Shown in pieces: positions 50,111 to 59,851 of a DNA stretch of 62,273 nucleotides. Source of the DNA: a virus; the IMG/VR virus record IMGVR_UViG_3300031539_000026, one strand, 5' to 3'. Positions within the stretch are counted from its first letter, which is position 1. Every line of letters begins with the position of its first letter. Made by a program: the position numbers and the translations under genes. Below the pieces are notes generated by a model. The model saw only the letters and a program-made list of their open reading frames with translations. It ran no database searches and was not told where the DNA came from.

Positions 50111-51712
50111 TTATGAAGTTATAACCACCGTCGGATCTGCCCCGCTCAAAGCCACCTTCGCTACAAGATACTCATCATCGTACTCGGGATCGTCAACGGT
50201 ATCGTCCCACCCTGTCGCCGGCGGCACACCGTAAAGCGAATCTTTCATACCGAATATGTCCTCAACGCAGTCGAACGAAACCTCGCCGTCCGCCAGCGTT
50301 CCGTAATGAGCCGTGACTACGCGAACAACCATAGACACAATGCCAAGAGGCGGCCAGGTCAATTTGAATACATCACCCGACATTAAATGTGCCATCGTCC
50401 GCTTGGCCTTGATTTTCATTACCGCCGGGAAGGCTGATATTTGATGCTGGTCCCGGGCAGCAAGCCGGCCGGCCAGGTCATCGTTAACGACGCCCGTGTA
50501 ATCGACGTTATTGGGAATCAACATTTCGTTCTGCGCACTGACCAGCGCCGTATCATGGCTCGCAATTGTCACCGGCAGGTTGTCGATCATATTCCAGTAT
50601 TTAACATAAGTCACATCGGCGACCTTGTGTATGGTCCCGCGTGAAAAATCCTCAACGGTATTGATGTCCGTTGCGTTGAATATTTCGAGATCATCCAAAA
50701 CGTAATCGTCCCGAATAAGCTTTATCTCTGACTGTCCGGTCGAATGGTCCTCTCGGATTACGGCGTTGATATACCGCAGAATGTCATTGACGTGGTCCTC
50801 AAGCGACTGGTCCGCCTCCCACTTTATGCACAGACCGAATCCTTCGTCATAAAGAGCATCCGCGGCCGCCTTCAATTTCGTATCGTCAAAAATTGTGGCC
50901 GAATTACCCAGGCACGATTCAGTATCGGTATAAAGTTCCCTCAGCCAGTGAATCGGGTTTATCTCGTAACTGCGAATAGTCGCCTTTGCCGGGTACCACT
51001 GCGTTTCGCCGCTCGCAAGATGTGCCGTCCGCTTGATTAGGTATTTCCACTGCTTTAATTGAGTCGATATCCCAATATATGGCCGCCGCAATATCGCCGT
51101 AGTTAGTCCTCGGTTGGCTGAAATGTAATTACCTAACTGCGAAGTGAGATAGTCATTCCGAGCCTGGTCTGCTGGACCGTACTCGAAATCCACCGTCCCT
51201 ACAATCCCGCCCTGGCCTGTGATATTCGCATTGTGCTCTTTAATACCGCCGTATAAGTCCGGCAGGTTGATTATCGCCGAGGCGGCGGCATCGGCATTAA
51301 GAACCGTCTTGTCCGTACTGTCCGGCCACACAACCAGGTCGCCGACCTTGGTCTGCACGACACCGTCATTAAAGCCCTGCGTAAGGATATGAAGTGCGCC
51401 GTATGAATATTTATTTATATACACATACTGGCCGCCGGAATCACTCAGTCTGACTCCTAAGCTCTCGGTATTTATATCACCAAACCACCCAATGACAGGA
51501 GCCTCTATCCAGCACGTACCGGCAATAATTGCAAATTTCGTTCCTTCTTTTATTTCAGGAACATCAAAAGTGTCGGGGTCGTATCTGGCGTCCTTTGGAT
51601 TTTTTTTGGAGAGATAGGCAATGCCGAGGGATATGCCTATTGATATTGCAGTCCAAATCAGCCACGCAGTAAATGGATCAAGAACAGCCACAATTGGAAA
51701 CGTTACAATCAT
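50111..51712 (-). CDS. Central tail fibre / host-specificity (gpJ N-terminal-like) protein
   Basis: FDVPEIKEGTKFAIIAGTCWIEAPVIGWFGD resembles the conserved gpJ / GTA g15 N-terminal pattern. Position supports the call. Confidence 0.55.
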   Translation of the reverse strand: MIVTFPIVAVLDPFTAWLIWTAISIGISLGIAYLSKKNPKDARYDPDTFDVPEIKEGTKFAIIAGTCWIEAPVIGWFGDINTESLGVRLSDSGGQYVYINKYSYGALHILTQGFNDGVVQTKVGDLVVWPDSTDKTVLNADAAASAIINLPDLYGGIKEHNANITGQGGIVGTVDFEYGPADQARNDYLTSQLGNYISANRGLTTAILRRPYIGISTQLKQWKYLIKRTAHLASGETQWYPAKATIRSYEINPIHWLRELYTDTESCLGNSATIFDDTKLKAAADALYDEGFGLCIKWEADQSLEDHVNDILRYINAVIREDHSTGQSEIKLIRDDYVLDDLEIFNATDINTVEDFSRGTIHKVADVTYVKYWNMIDNLPVTIASHDTALVSAQNEMLIPNNVDYTGVVNDDLAGRLAARDQHQISAFPAVMKIKAKRTMAHLMSGDVFKLTWPPLGIVSMVVRVVTAHYGTLADGEVSFDCVEDIFGMKDSLYGVPPATGWDDTVDDPEYDDEYLVAKVALSGADPTVVITS

Positions 51713-51719
51713 AATTTTC

Positions 51720-53027
51720 TCAGTAAATCAAATCGCCCGCGTAAGGATTTTTCGTCGGCAGGCCCTCCTGGCCGCCGCCATTGATTCCATTGGCGTATTT
51801 GTCTCGGCAAGTAAATGGTGTATGATCACAACCTGGGTATGCTGAAAACGCACTGCCTGCTATCACATCTGTCCCGAATGGGCGGTTGATTGTAATCGTA
51901 TTGCCATTGTGAGCCGTAATTGTTCTGCGTGCCGTACCTATTGCAATTTCGCCTCCGGCACCGAAATAATAGGCGGCCATCGCGCTGTCGGCTTCGATCA
52001 TCTCGATTTCCTGACAAAAGACCGTAGTTCCGCCCCAGTTATTATAAATATAAATTCTGTAGTATGTGTACGTGGCCGCGTTGTCTAATGTGATTGTTAT
52101 CCACCCGAAATTGTTAGAGTTAAGAATTTCTGTATCGCTTCCACCCTCGCCCGCATAAAACTGGCAATCACCGGACCACGAAGAAGCATCTATCGCAGTC
52201 CATGATGTGCCGTTATTGCTGCCCTCAACCCGAAAATAACGAATGTTGTAATCCGACAAACTTCCCTTGTATATATTCACTTTTTTTATTGTCTGCGCTG
52301 CTGTCCACTTACAATATATCCATTGGTCGGTTCCTGGGCTTGCAGACTCCCAATGGTAGGAACTGGAGAGCGAATCATCAAATGCCCTGTCCGCGGTATG
52401 AATAGCATCCACTGATGTTTTAGCAACATAAGTACACCCTGGCAGGCCGGTTATATCACCGTAAAAAGCTGGTGGTTCTACATATACATCACCGAATTCT
52501 GTCGCCGTAATAGTGATCCCGCTTATGGTGTCGATTGTCCCCGTGATTTTGTAAGCCTCTTTATTCAGTCCGCAGCGGTATCCGAACAGCCTGTGCCCGC
52601 AGAGTCTCATGCAGCGACGCCGGCCGCCGACGAATGGCAGGTCCGAACTTCGCGGCTCGAAATAGCATATCGGGATGGCCTTATCGTTAAATTTGAGACT
52701 GGTCAGAAAACCCCGCCAGTACGTGACGAAAAACGTTCCGTGCCCGCGGTATGTCGTCAGCGTAACTTCTTCTTCCGGAACGCCGGCTGTGCATATCATG
52801 CCGAGCGCGTGACCTCTCGGCAGTTCCAGATCGACGCCGTCCTTGGGGATCTCGCCGGTTTGCTCGATCTCGCTTCGCTTGCACGGAGCCGATTCGTAGG
52901 TATGGCCGAGAAATTCAACGTCCTCGGGACCGCTGGTGATTCGCCAATGAGTAAGTCCCATTGCGATATCATGCATCTCTATCGGCTGGCCGGATGCAAC
53001 TGATATTTCCGATGATTCGTATGTCAT
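51720..53027 (-). CDS. Tail hub protein (DUF2163 / BR0599-like) with inserted F5/8 type C (discoidin) domain
   Basis: N-terminal ...ITSGPEDVEFLGHTYESAP... and C-terminal YPGCDHTPFTCRDKYANGINGGG. The middle reads AFDDS...DQWIYCKW...IRYFRVEGSNNGTSWTAI...YYRIYI...CQEIEMIE. Confidence 0.6.
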   Translation of the reverse strand: MTYESSEISVASGQPIEMHDIAMGLTHWRITSGPEDVEFLGHTYESAPCKRSEIEQTGEIPKDGVDLELPRGHALGMICTAGVPEEEVTLTTYRGHGTFFVTYWRGFLTSLKFNDKAIPICYFEPRSSDLPFVGGRRRCMRLCGHRLFGYRCGLNKEAYKITGTIDTISGITITATEFGDVYVEPPAFYGDITGLPGCTYVAKTSVDAIHTADRAFDDSLSSSYHWESASPGTDQWIYCKWTAAQTIKKVNIYKGSLSDYNIRYFRVEGSNNGTSWTAIDASSWSGDCQFYAGEGGSDTEILNSNNFGWITITLDNAATYTYYRIYIYNNWGGTTVFCQEIEMIEADSAMAAYYFGAGGEIAIGTARRTITAHNGNTITINRPFGTDVIAGSAFSAYPGCDHTPFTCRDKYANGINGGGQEGLPTKNPYAGDLIY

Positions 53028-54703
53028 GCCTTCGTCGCCTGGAGCTGCGTATCGCAGACCAGCTCATGCGCTCCATTCCAAACAAACTCTATCTCGTCTC
53101 CCGCCAGTCTCAGCTTGTCCAGCCAGGATATCACGCAATCGCCAGGCTCCACCGCTATATCAAGATCGCTGTCGATCGATATGATTTCCACGACCCCCGA
53201 TTTGACTATCCCCGTGACCTCCCTGTAAAGCTGCGTGCCGTCCGGGAATATGAAAGCGATATCGGTCCGCAAATCATTGACGCCCATATTGTCGGCAAGG
53301 CCAATGTTCTCAATATTGAAGCTCGTATCGGCCGCCCCGAACCCTTCCGAAAGAACCATATCTTCCTTGTGAGTCGGAATGTAAAACGTGCCCTGCTGAC
53401 CGAGCAGTGAGTGTATGAACTTGCGGAACTCCCAGCAATCGGCCTTCGTGTCTTTGTGAAACAAATGAGACTGGATATTGATATTGAAATCGCTGTCCGA
53501 AAAGAAATCAAAATCGCCCGTCTCGTAGTCCTGCAGAGAGGCATCGGCGTCGGACGATTTGCTTTGAGTCGGATTTATCGCCGTCGCTTCCGTAAGAACC
53601 GGCAGGCCCTTGTAGGTAGTCGCCGGCGTGAAGCCCGTCAATAGTACATTGTCCTTAACCGCGAACGAAAAATCGGAGACGGCAAGCCCCGTTGAATGCC
53701 CCTTGCGTTTGCTCGAAGCGTCTATCTGTGTGGTCCGCACCGGCATTATGAGCTTGCTGCCCGTAAACGTATTCTGTACCGGATTTGCCAGAGTAAGGCT
53801 TCCCGCGGCAACCGTATCGACCTGGACCGTTTCGCAACTGTCCTCGGACTGCCAGATAACAGCCAGGCTTTCGTCTCGGAAGTCGGCGTTTGTCGTATCG
53901 ACCGTGATAGCCATATCGGTAGCATTTATCGCCCCGGCATGCGCAACCAGCTCCGGCCACACAGGAAGCCCGAAAGAACGTTTCTGCCACGAGAACAGCA
54001 TGGCATCGAGCCTCGCCTGTTGCTTTTCGCTATCCATCATAACGGAGAACTTGAAGCCCTGACGCGGTACTGGCCTTGTAGAAATACGCTGCTCTGACCT
54101 GTCCCCGCCGACAATAATGTCCGTAAGAGTGGCCAGCGTTTCTTTTACCGGCTGCTGAGGCCTCCACGGAAACAATATCACCCTGGTCCCGGACAGCAAA
54201 ACAATACAATCGTTCGCATCCGTAAACTCGAACGTGATCGAGCCCTCGAACGTCGGGCTGCCCTCGAACGGAACCTCTATCGTGAATGTAGTGTATTCGA
54301 GCGCGGCAAGATTGAATGGCGTCGCCAGTCCGGTCAAGTCCCATTCGGCGCCATTGACCTCAACGATATCCGAGCAGGTCTTTTGCAAAAAGTAAGCGTT
54401 CCACACAATAATCTCGTCGGTTATCAGGGTAACTATCGCTCCGAAGTGCAGGGTCGACGGCATGACATGGATTCGGTAATAGTAATCATCGAGAAACGTA
54501 TCGACCTTCGTGCCCGTCCGGGAACGCTCGATCTGCTCGATGGGAAAGTAACTGTGCCACGCCCCGGAGCCAAGCGGAATGACCGATTCCAGCATACACA
54601 CATCCACAGGGCTGACTACGGTATTGTCGATAATCGTCGCCGAACAGCGAAGCGTATCCTCGACAAAAATGCTCGGCTCTAATATTCCTGTAAAAGCTGG
54701 CAT
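53024..54703 (-). CDS. Putative distal tail / baseplate protein
   Basis: 559 aa from MPAFTG (TAATG coupling). Called from position only. Confidence 0.45.
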   Translation of the reverse strand: MPAFTGILEPSIFVEDTLRCSATIIDNTVVSPVDVCMLESVIPLGSGAWHSYFPIEQIERSRTGTKVDTFLDDYYYRIHVMPSTLHFGAIVTLITDEIIVWNAYFLQKTCSDIVEVNGAEWDLTGLATPFNLAALEYTTFTIEVPFEGSPTFEGSITFEFTDANDCIVLLSGTRVILFPWRPQQPVKETLATLTDIIVGGDRSEQRISTRPVPRQGFKFSVMMDSEKQQARLDAMLFSWQKRSFGLPVWPELVAHAGAINATDMAITVDTTNADFRDESLAVIWQSEDSCETVQVDTVAAGSLTLANPVQNTFTGSKLIMPVRTTQIDASSKRKGHSTGLAVSDFSFAVKDNVLLTGFTPATTYKGLPVLTEATAINPTQSKSSDADASLQDYETGDFDFFSDSDFNINIQSHLFHKDTKADCWEFRKFIHSLLGQQGTFYIPTHKEDMVLSEGFGAADTSFNIENIGLADNMGVNDLRTDIAFIFPDGTQLYREVTGIVKSGVVEIISIDSDLDIAVEPGDCVISWLDKLRLAGDEIEFVWNGAHELVCDTQLQATKA

Positions 54704-55716
54704 TAGACTACTTTCTTGAAAGCAAAACCGCAGTACATATTCAATGGAGTGACTTGCTGACTGTCGGCGTGAAAGACCGTCCAAGTCTCGGCTCCATAGG
54801 TTATTTCCTCGGCAGGGTCGTAATTGGTGACATTAAGAAAACGAACACCCGAAGGCCAACCTATCAACGAGTAATTGGCATCGGCCCGTTTTAGCAGCGT
54901 GTATATCGGGCACATCGCCGCCATTGCGTTATAAGAGTTCGGCGCGTGCGACCAGAAGAATGAAGCTAAACCGCTTTTTGAATAAGAGGCATTAGCCTGT
55001 TGACCAACTACGCAAGGCCATATTATTTCCGGATAGGTTTCGCCTGTTGACATCCTCCAGCTTGCCGTACCATCGACATCGACATATACCGCCCCGTGTT
55101 TATTTCCAGCCCGGCAACCGGAAAAATAATTCGGTGCGTACCAAGAGTCTCCGTAAACACCAAACCATTCGTAGTATGGCGCATAACTTGAAAATGACGC
55201 CGAGAAAAACTGGCCGCCGGTAAAAATTCCCTGTTTTACAAGCATCCCAAACGACATGAACTGGAATTTACCAGCCGTAACCTCTACGGCGATATGAACG
55301 GTATCGGAATCGGAATCTGGCGTAAAGAAATAGTACGCTGGAATCGCTGTAGTTGACATCTGAGTCATGCACATACCCATAGATTTGGCTGCCGCATCTA
55401 TCGATTTGCCCGGCTGATGGTGCCAAATCTCCGCGACATTATACCCGGTCGAACCATTTATAAGAAGTCCCGTTACCGTTCCGGTGGAACCGCCCGCATT
55501 ATCTTCGGTAATTAAAGTTGTGCCGGTTTCGGCAATAGCTGAACGGAAATTGAAGTACATCACAGTCGCATCGGCCGCCGTCTTTTGAACGTGAAGCCTG
55601 TACCCGGCGCCGATAGCAGCGAACAAATTGACCGTCCACCCTTCGGCTAATAAGAATATTCTCAGTTTATCGATTAAATCGTTCGGACCAGTTGAAACAC
55701 CCGCTTGATAAGACAT
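54703..55716 (-). CDS. Tail-module hypothetical protein (paralogue B)
   Basis: 337 aa. C-terminal ..EEITYGAETWTVF...GFAFKK resembles the end of 55721-56944. Confidence 0.45.
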   Translation of the reverse strand: MSYQAGVSTGPNDLIDKLRIFLLAEGWTVNLFAAIGAGYRLHVQKTAADATVMYFNFRSAIAETGTTLITEDNAGGSTGTVTGLLINGSTGYNVAEIWHHQPGKSIDAAAKSMGMCMTQMSTTAIPAYYFFTPDSDSDTVHIAVEVTAGKFQFMSFGMLVKQGIFTGGQFFSASFSSYAPYYEWFGVYGDSWYAPNYFSGCRAGNKHGAVYVDVDGTASWRMSTGETYPEIIWPCVVGQQANASYSKSGLASFFWSHAPNSYNAMAAMCPIYTLLKRADANYSLIGWPSGVRFLNVTNYDPAEEITYGAETWTVFHADSQQVTPLNMYCGFAFKKVV

Positions 55717-55720
55717 AATA

Positions 55721-56944
55721 TTACTCCAGTTTCAAAGCCCAGAAGTCGTTTGCATCGGCATTCGGATATATCGGGAATGCAACATAAGTATCGCCGCCGA
55801 TCGCAAATGTGTCCTCGGCGGCTATCCCACCGAACCCGTTAACAGCAAAGACGCCCTGCATCTCGCCGAATATATGTTTGTTTGGTGAATTGCACATTAT
55901 CACCGTTGGGAATATCGGGTATGTCCCATCGACGTTCTCACGCAGTACCGAGCTGAAATAATCAACACCACCTCGATAGTAATCCGATGTATAAGGCCAT
56001 ACTATATTTGTATAGACCATCCTGGATATTCTTATCCAGCTCGTTCCCTGCAATATTTTCAAGGTTCCGGAATCGTATGTGGTGTCAAAAGTCAAATACG
56101 TACATACACCGGCTGTGCCGTATGGACTGGGAAATCCTCTGTGACTGGCATCAACGGAGCTATATCTATTGTATGCTGCCGTCCCGGACGGACTTGCCGC
56201 TCCGCCCACTATCAACGGGTATGGAAACTGTGTCGGCAGGCCGTAAGGCAGTGCGAATCCGAGATACGAAGCCTCGTAAACGCTTGACACCTTCGCCACT
56301 ACGATAAACCGCCTGCCATTGGCGACACACCAATATTGAATCTTCTGCTGCCACAAAAGCAATCGGGCCATCCTGCCCTGCGTCAGGCCCGGCATATACT
56401 GCAAATCGGTAGCCGTATAGCTTGTCATTCCGGCTATCCGCCAGTTATACCAGTCGTTTGCGCCGTCCTCGACCGTCTGAATGGCCGAGAAAATCTCATC
56501 GGAACCTGCCGTGCCGGGCCCCATTAGAATCAGCTCGTAGCCGCCTGAGCCGTCGTAATCCGTATCGTAACGCATGGCCGTGTACGCCTCGGTCGCTCCC
56601 AGGCCATCGGCAACGGTGAACGTGAACGAATCAGTAGCGATGAACGCCGTATCGCCGGCTATGATTGTGAATGCCACAATCGCGTTATCGTAAGGCGTAG
56701 CGACCGTCGCTGCCGCCTGCGCTCCGGAAACCGAGCCGGAAACCGTGAAATTCGTCGCACTCGTCGCAGTCAGCGTCCACGTCTCGTCGATAGGCGTAGT
56801 ACTGCCCCGCTCCGCCGAAACGTAGCCGTCCCCCGTATTGGCACCCGCTGCGATGTTATAAGCTTTCTTGGCATTGCACAGGAAGCCCTTGACCGCTACC
56901 AGCAACTGCTTATGACCGTTGGCGTATCCGATTTTGAAAGCCAT
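55721..56944 (-). CDS. Tail-module hypothetical protein (paralogue A)
   Basis: 407 aa. C-terminal ..EDTFAIGGDTYVAF...FWALKLE. Confidence 0.45.
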   Translation of the reverse strand: MAFKIGYANGHKQLLVAVKGFLCNAKKAYNIAAGANTGDGYVSAERGSTTPIDETWTLTATSATNFTVSGSVSGAQAAATVATPYDNAIVAFTIIAGDTAFIATDSFTFTVADGLGATEAYTAMRYDTDYDGSGGYELILMGPGTAGSDEIFSAIQTVEDGANDWYNWRIAGMTSYTATDLQYMPGLTQGRMARLLLWQQKIQYWCVANGRRFIVVAKVSSVYEASYLGFALPYGLPTQFPYPLIVGGAASPSGTAAYNRYSSVDASHRGFPSPYGTAGVCTYLTFDTTYDSGTLKILQGTSWIRISRMVYTNIVWPYTSDYYRGGVDYFSSVLRENVDGTYPIFPTVIMCNSPNKHIFGEMQGVFAVNGFGGIAAEDTFAIGGDTYVAFPIYPNADANDFWALKLE

Positions 56945-56961
56945 ATCAATTTCACCTTAAC

Positions 56962-58980
56962 TTATAACAAATTCCGGTTGCGGATTGCGTGCTGGATGAA
57001 AGCCTTCTCGCCCTCTTTGCCTTTAAGCAACTCGATCTGCGCTTCTCTGTCGTTTTTGACGAACACGATCTTGACCGGCGTAGGACTGACCGTAATGTTC
57101 GGCTGGCCTCCGGAAGCTTCCACGCCCAGGCGTCCGCCCCTCATTCTTCTTACTGGCATGGCGGCCTCAAGCCCGCCTTCACCTATGAGCCCGGTTTTTC
57201 CATCGGCCATCGGGAAATATGTTGGTCTGTCGAATATGTCACCGTTTGCCATAGGAACTACACGGCCCATGTTGAACACATTGCCCATCGCATGAGGCAC
57301 ATAAGTCGGGGCCTTAGCAGATCCAACACCAACGGGATAACCAGGAGGTCCGCCGCCCATAATAATACCCATTGTTTTCATCATTATCGCCCGGGCCATC
57401 ATTTCAGAAGCCATCCGGCCGAACGCTTCACCGACGTTAACGAAAAAGCCAGTCATGGCATCCTTCCAGCTCGCACCCTGGGAAATCATGCTGAAAAATG
57501 AATTACCCATAGAGCTTTCAATCGAGTGGGCGGCATCTGCGAACCTTTCAGAAATATACAAAGATGAATCCTCGAAATCCTCTTGCAACTCAGCGTTATA
57601 TACTTTCATCGCATCGAGACGCGAACGCTTCAAGCTGAGTATTTCTTCGTTGAGAATTATTTCAGCCTTGAAGACTTGACTTAAAACATTGGTATGCGCA
57701 TCCCTGTATGCTTCCAGGTTTTTGATCCTCTCCATCCGCGTCAAGTAATCCATATTGCGGACACTTTCAATGCCCTGCTGCGTATCCTCTATAACCCGCC
57801 TTTCAAACTCCTGCCGCTTTTTAATATCTTCCTCTGTTTTCTGGAGCGGCGATGTTTGGGAGACTGCCGGGCCTGCATAAACTTCCTGGAGCCGCCTGTT
57901 CAATGCCGCTTCCTCCGATTCTGCCGGAAGTTGTCCCTGCTTTTGTGATGCAGTCATATAGGTATGGCGGGCGACATCGTCGTCTTTTTCTGCCTGCGTC
58001 ATCATTGAAGGGTGCGTAAGGGCATTGCCCTGCCGGCGAGCTAATTCGAGTTGTGTATTTGTTACGCCCATAGCCCTCTGCAGGCGCCCGCCCATTTCTT
58101 TGGCCACTATGCCTATACTGTCAAAGCCTGAAAATATTTCAGCCCATCCCTCACTCTGAATCCTGAAAAATTCCTTCCACGCGGGGCTATGCTTATTGAC
58201 TTCAGTGAGAACATCTGACAGAGCAACCATTAACGGCCCGCCCAACTCCGTGCGTAATTCTGTGAAATTTGCATTGAGGCGTTTGACCTGGTTGGCGTAA
58301 TCGTTCATCGACCTGATAGCGTCGCCCTGGGCGTCAAGAGTGCCTTTTTGAATCAGCGACATGCGAAGCTGGACCTTTTCCAGGTCCGTCAAGTCTTTGT
58401 ATTCCTTCTTGAGTCCCCGGCTAAATGCTTCCTGGGCAAGGGCCGTCTCGCTGATGATAATTCCGTACTTGCGCACGGTTTCATGGTTGCCCACAAGCGC
58501 CGATGTGAAGTCCCGAATTACTTCGTCATCAGCCTTGTTGCTGAAACTTGCCACATCAACTGCAAGCGTTGTGAGATCCATCGAAAGCCCCATAGCCTCT
58601 TTTCTCGCAAAGCCCAGGGGCACAAACAGGTCCTGCAGGCCGGCCATCCATTTTTGAACATCCTGCGTTGCCCGTCCAACAGAATCGCCAAATTGCTCGG
58701 ACCATGCAGCCGCCTCTTTTGAATTGTCCTTGAAAACAACGTTGAATTTGTTCATTGTTTCCTGGGCGTCGGAGGCCGAGTCGATGAATTTCTTGAGCGT
58801 GTATATCGCACCGCCCGCACCGCCGAACATCAGAATGCGCCTCATGGCACTGGCAAATCCGCTCTCGATGGACTTGGTTGCGGTCCCCGCGCTGCGCTTC
58901 ATCTTCCCTGTAGCCCTGTCGAACTCCGCAGCTCCCCGCGTCGCTCCTCTTGCATCAATCGCCGCTCTTAGTGTCGCCAT
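56962..58980 (-). CDS. Tail tape measure protein
   Basis: 672 aa. TP901-type core: ...DAQETMNKFNVVFKDNSKEAAAWSEQFGDSVGRATQDVQKWMAGLQDLF...VGNHETVRKYGIII. Confidence 0.9.
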   Translation of the reverse strand: MATLRAAIDARGATRGAAEFDRATGKMKRSAGTATKSIESGFASAMRRILMFGGAGGAIYTLKKFIDSASDAQETMNKFNVVFKDNSKEAAAWSEQFGDSVGRATQDVQKWMAGLQDLFVPLGFARKEAMGLSMDLTTLAVDVASFSNKADDEVIRDFTSALVGNHETVRKYGIIISETALAQEAFSRGLKKEYKDLTDLEKVQLRMSLIQKGTLDAQGDAIRSMNDYANQVKRLNANFTELRTELGGPLMVALSDVLTEVNKHSPAWKEFFRIQSEGWAEIFSGFDSIGIVAKEMGGRLQRAMGVTNTQLELARRQGNALTHPSMMTQAEKDDDVARHTYMTASQKQGQLPAESEEAALNRRLQEVYAGPAVSQTSPLQKTEEDIKKRQEFERRVIEDTQQGIESVRNMDYLTRMERIKNLEAYRDAHTNVLSQVFKAEIILNEEILSLKRSRLDAMKVYNAELQEDFEDSSLYISERFADAAHSIESSMGNSFFSMISQGASWKDAMTGFFVNVGEAFGRMASEMMARAIMMKTMGIIMGGGPPGYPVGVGSAKAPTYVPHAMGNVFNMGRVVPMANGDIFDRPTYFPMADGKTGLIGEGGLEAAMPVRRMRGGRLGVEASGGQPNITVSPTPVKIVFVKNDREAQIELLKGKEGEKAFIQHAIRNRNLL

Positions 58981-59679
58981 ATCTCAAAAACTCATTATCC
59001 ATTGCCGATATATATTCGAAAAAATCTCTCGGTTTCCTCACTTCGTAGAGCCTGGCATATTCCATAATGTCGCCGATGCTTAACTGACAAGGTCCGTAGC
59101 CGTACTGCCTGCGTCCATGCAATGACCAGAATGCGTTCCATACCCAGGCAAGGTCATCGTAAAGCTCCGGCATGTTTTCCCACGCCGCCGTATGCTTGCC
59201 CGCTTTTGCTCTTGATTCAAGGAATTTGACATTCTTGCCCCATTCGAGCTGCCACTTTAGGCAGCTAATTAGTTTTTTGCCGATTCCTTTTTTTGCTCTT
59301 CGAAGAACAAATTGGCGGACGCGGAAACATCTATCACGAAGTCATAGAAAATCACGTTGGCCGGGTCGCTGATAATCTCCAGTGCCTTTTCCGGTGTGTA
59401 CTTGATCGTCTTGCCGTCGTCATCCTCCATGCCCTTCCAGTCGCGGATCAAACAGTGCGCCACGGTCTGCTTCATCAGAGCTCTAAGCGTTTCCCCGTCA
59501 ACCATCTTTCGCCTTAACTGGCCCAGGATCGGCTCGCTGATTTTTTCGTAGTATTTATTGAATTCGGGATTGTGCATCCGCGCTATCTTAACCTCGATCC
59601 CGCCGCCGAACTTATGCCATACCCCCTCAACTGACTTTTCGTTATCAAGCCTGAATTGACTGAGACTTCCCATGACCAA
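58955..59679 (-). CDS. Tail assembly chaperone G-T-like fusion made by -1 frameshift
   Basis: The -1 frame is open from the slippery site through MPELYDD...(58955-59173 ORF). Hand-translated: ..QKKGIGKKLISCLKWQLEWGKNVKFLESRAKAGKHTAAWENMPELYDD. Confidence 0.65.
59269..59679 (-). CDS. Tail assembly chaperone (gpG-like, zero-frame product)
   Basis: 136 aa between the tail tube and tape measure genes. Confidence 0.7.
   Translation of the reverse strand: MVMGSLSQFRLDNEKSVEGVWHKFGGGIEVKIARMHNPEFNKYYEKISEPILGQLRRKMVDGETLRALMKQTVAHCLIRDWKGMEDDDGKTIKYTPEKALEIISDPANVIFYDFVIDVSASANLFFEEQKKESAKN
59287..59293 (-). promoter_or_regulatory. -1 programmed frameshift slippery heptamer A_AAA_AAG
   Basis: Minus sense: GAG CAA AAA AAG GAA. 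The zero frame places A AAA AAG exactly as X XXY YYZ, 6 codons before the stop. Confidence 0.7.
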
Positions 59680-59851
59680 AAATCCTTTCCTTTATGCTAA
59701 TTTCTTTCAATGAACAGAAAGATGTTGCCATAAGACATAATAAGCCCAACAACCAATCGGAATCAGCAAGACAATTGAAATATGAATGATTATTGTCACA
59801 ATCTTTCTTTGCCTTGTTGTCATTATCCTGCCTCCTTAATTGGCCTTAATT

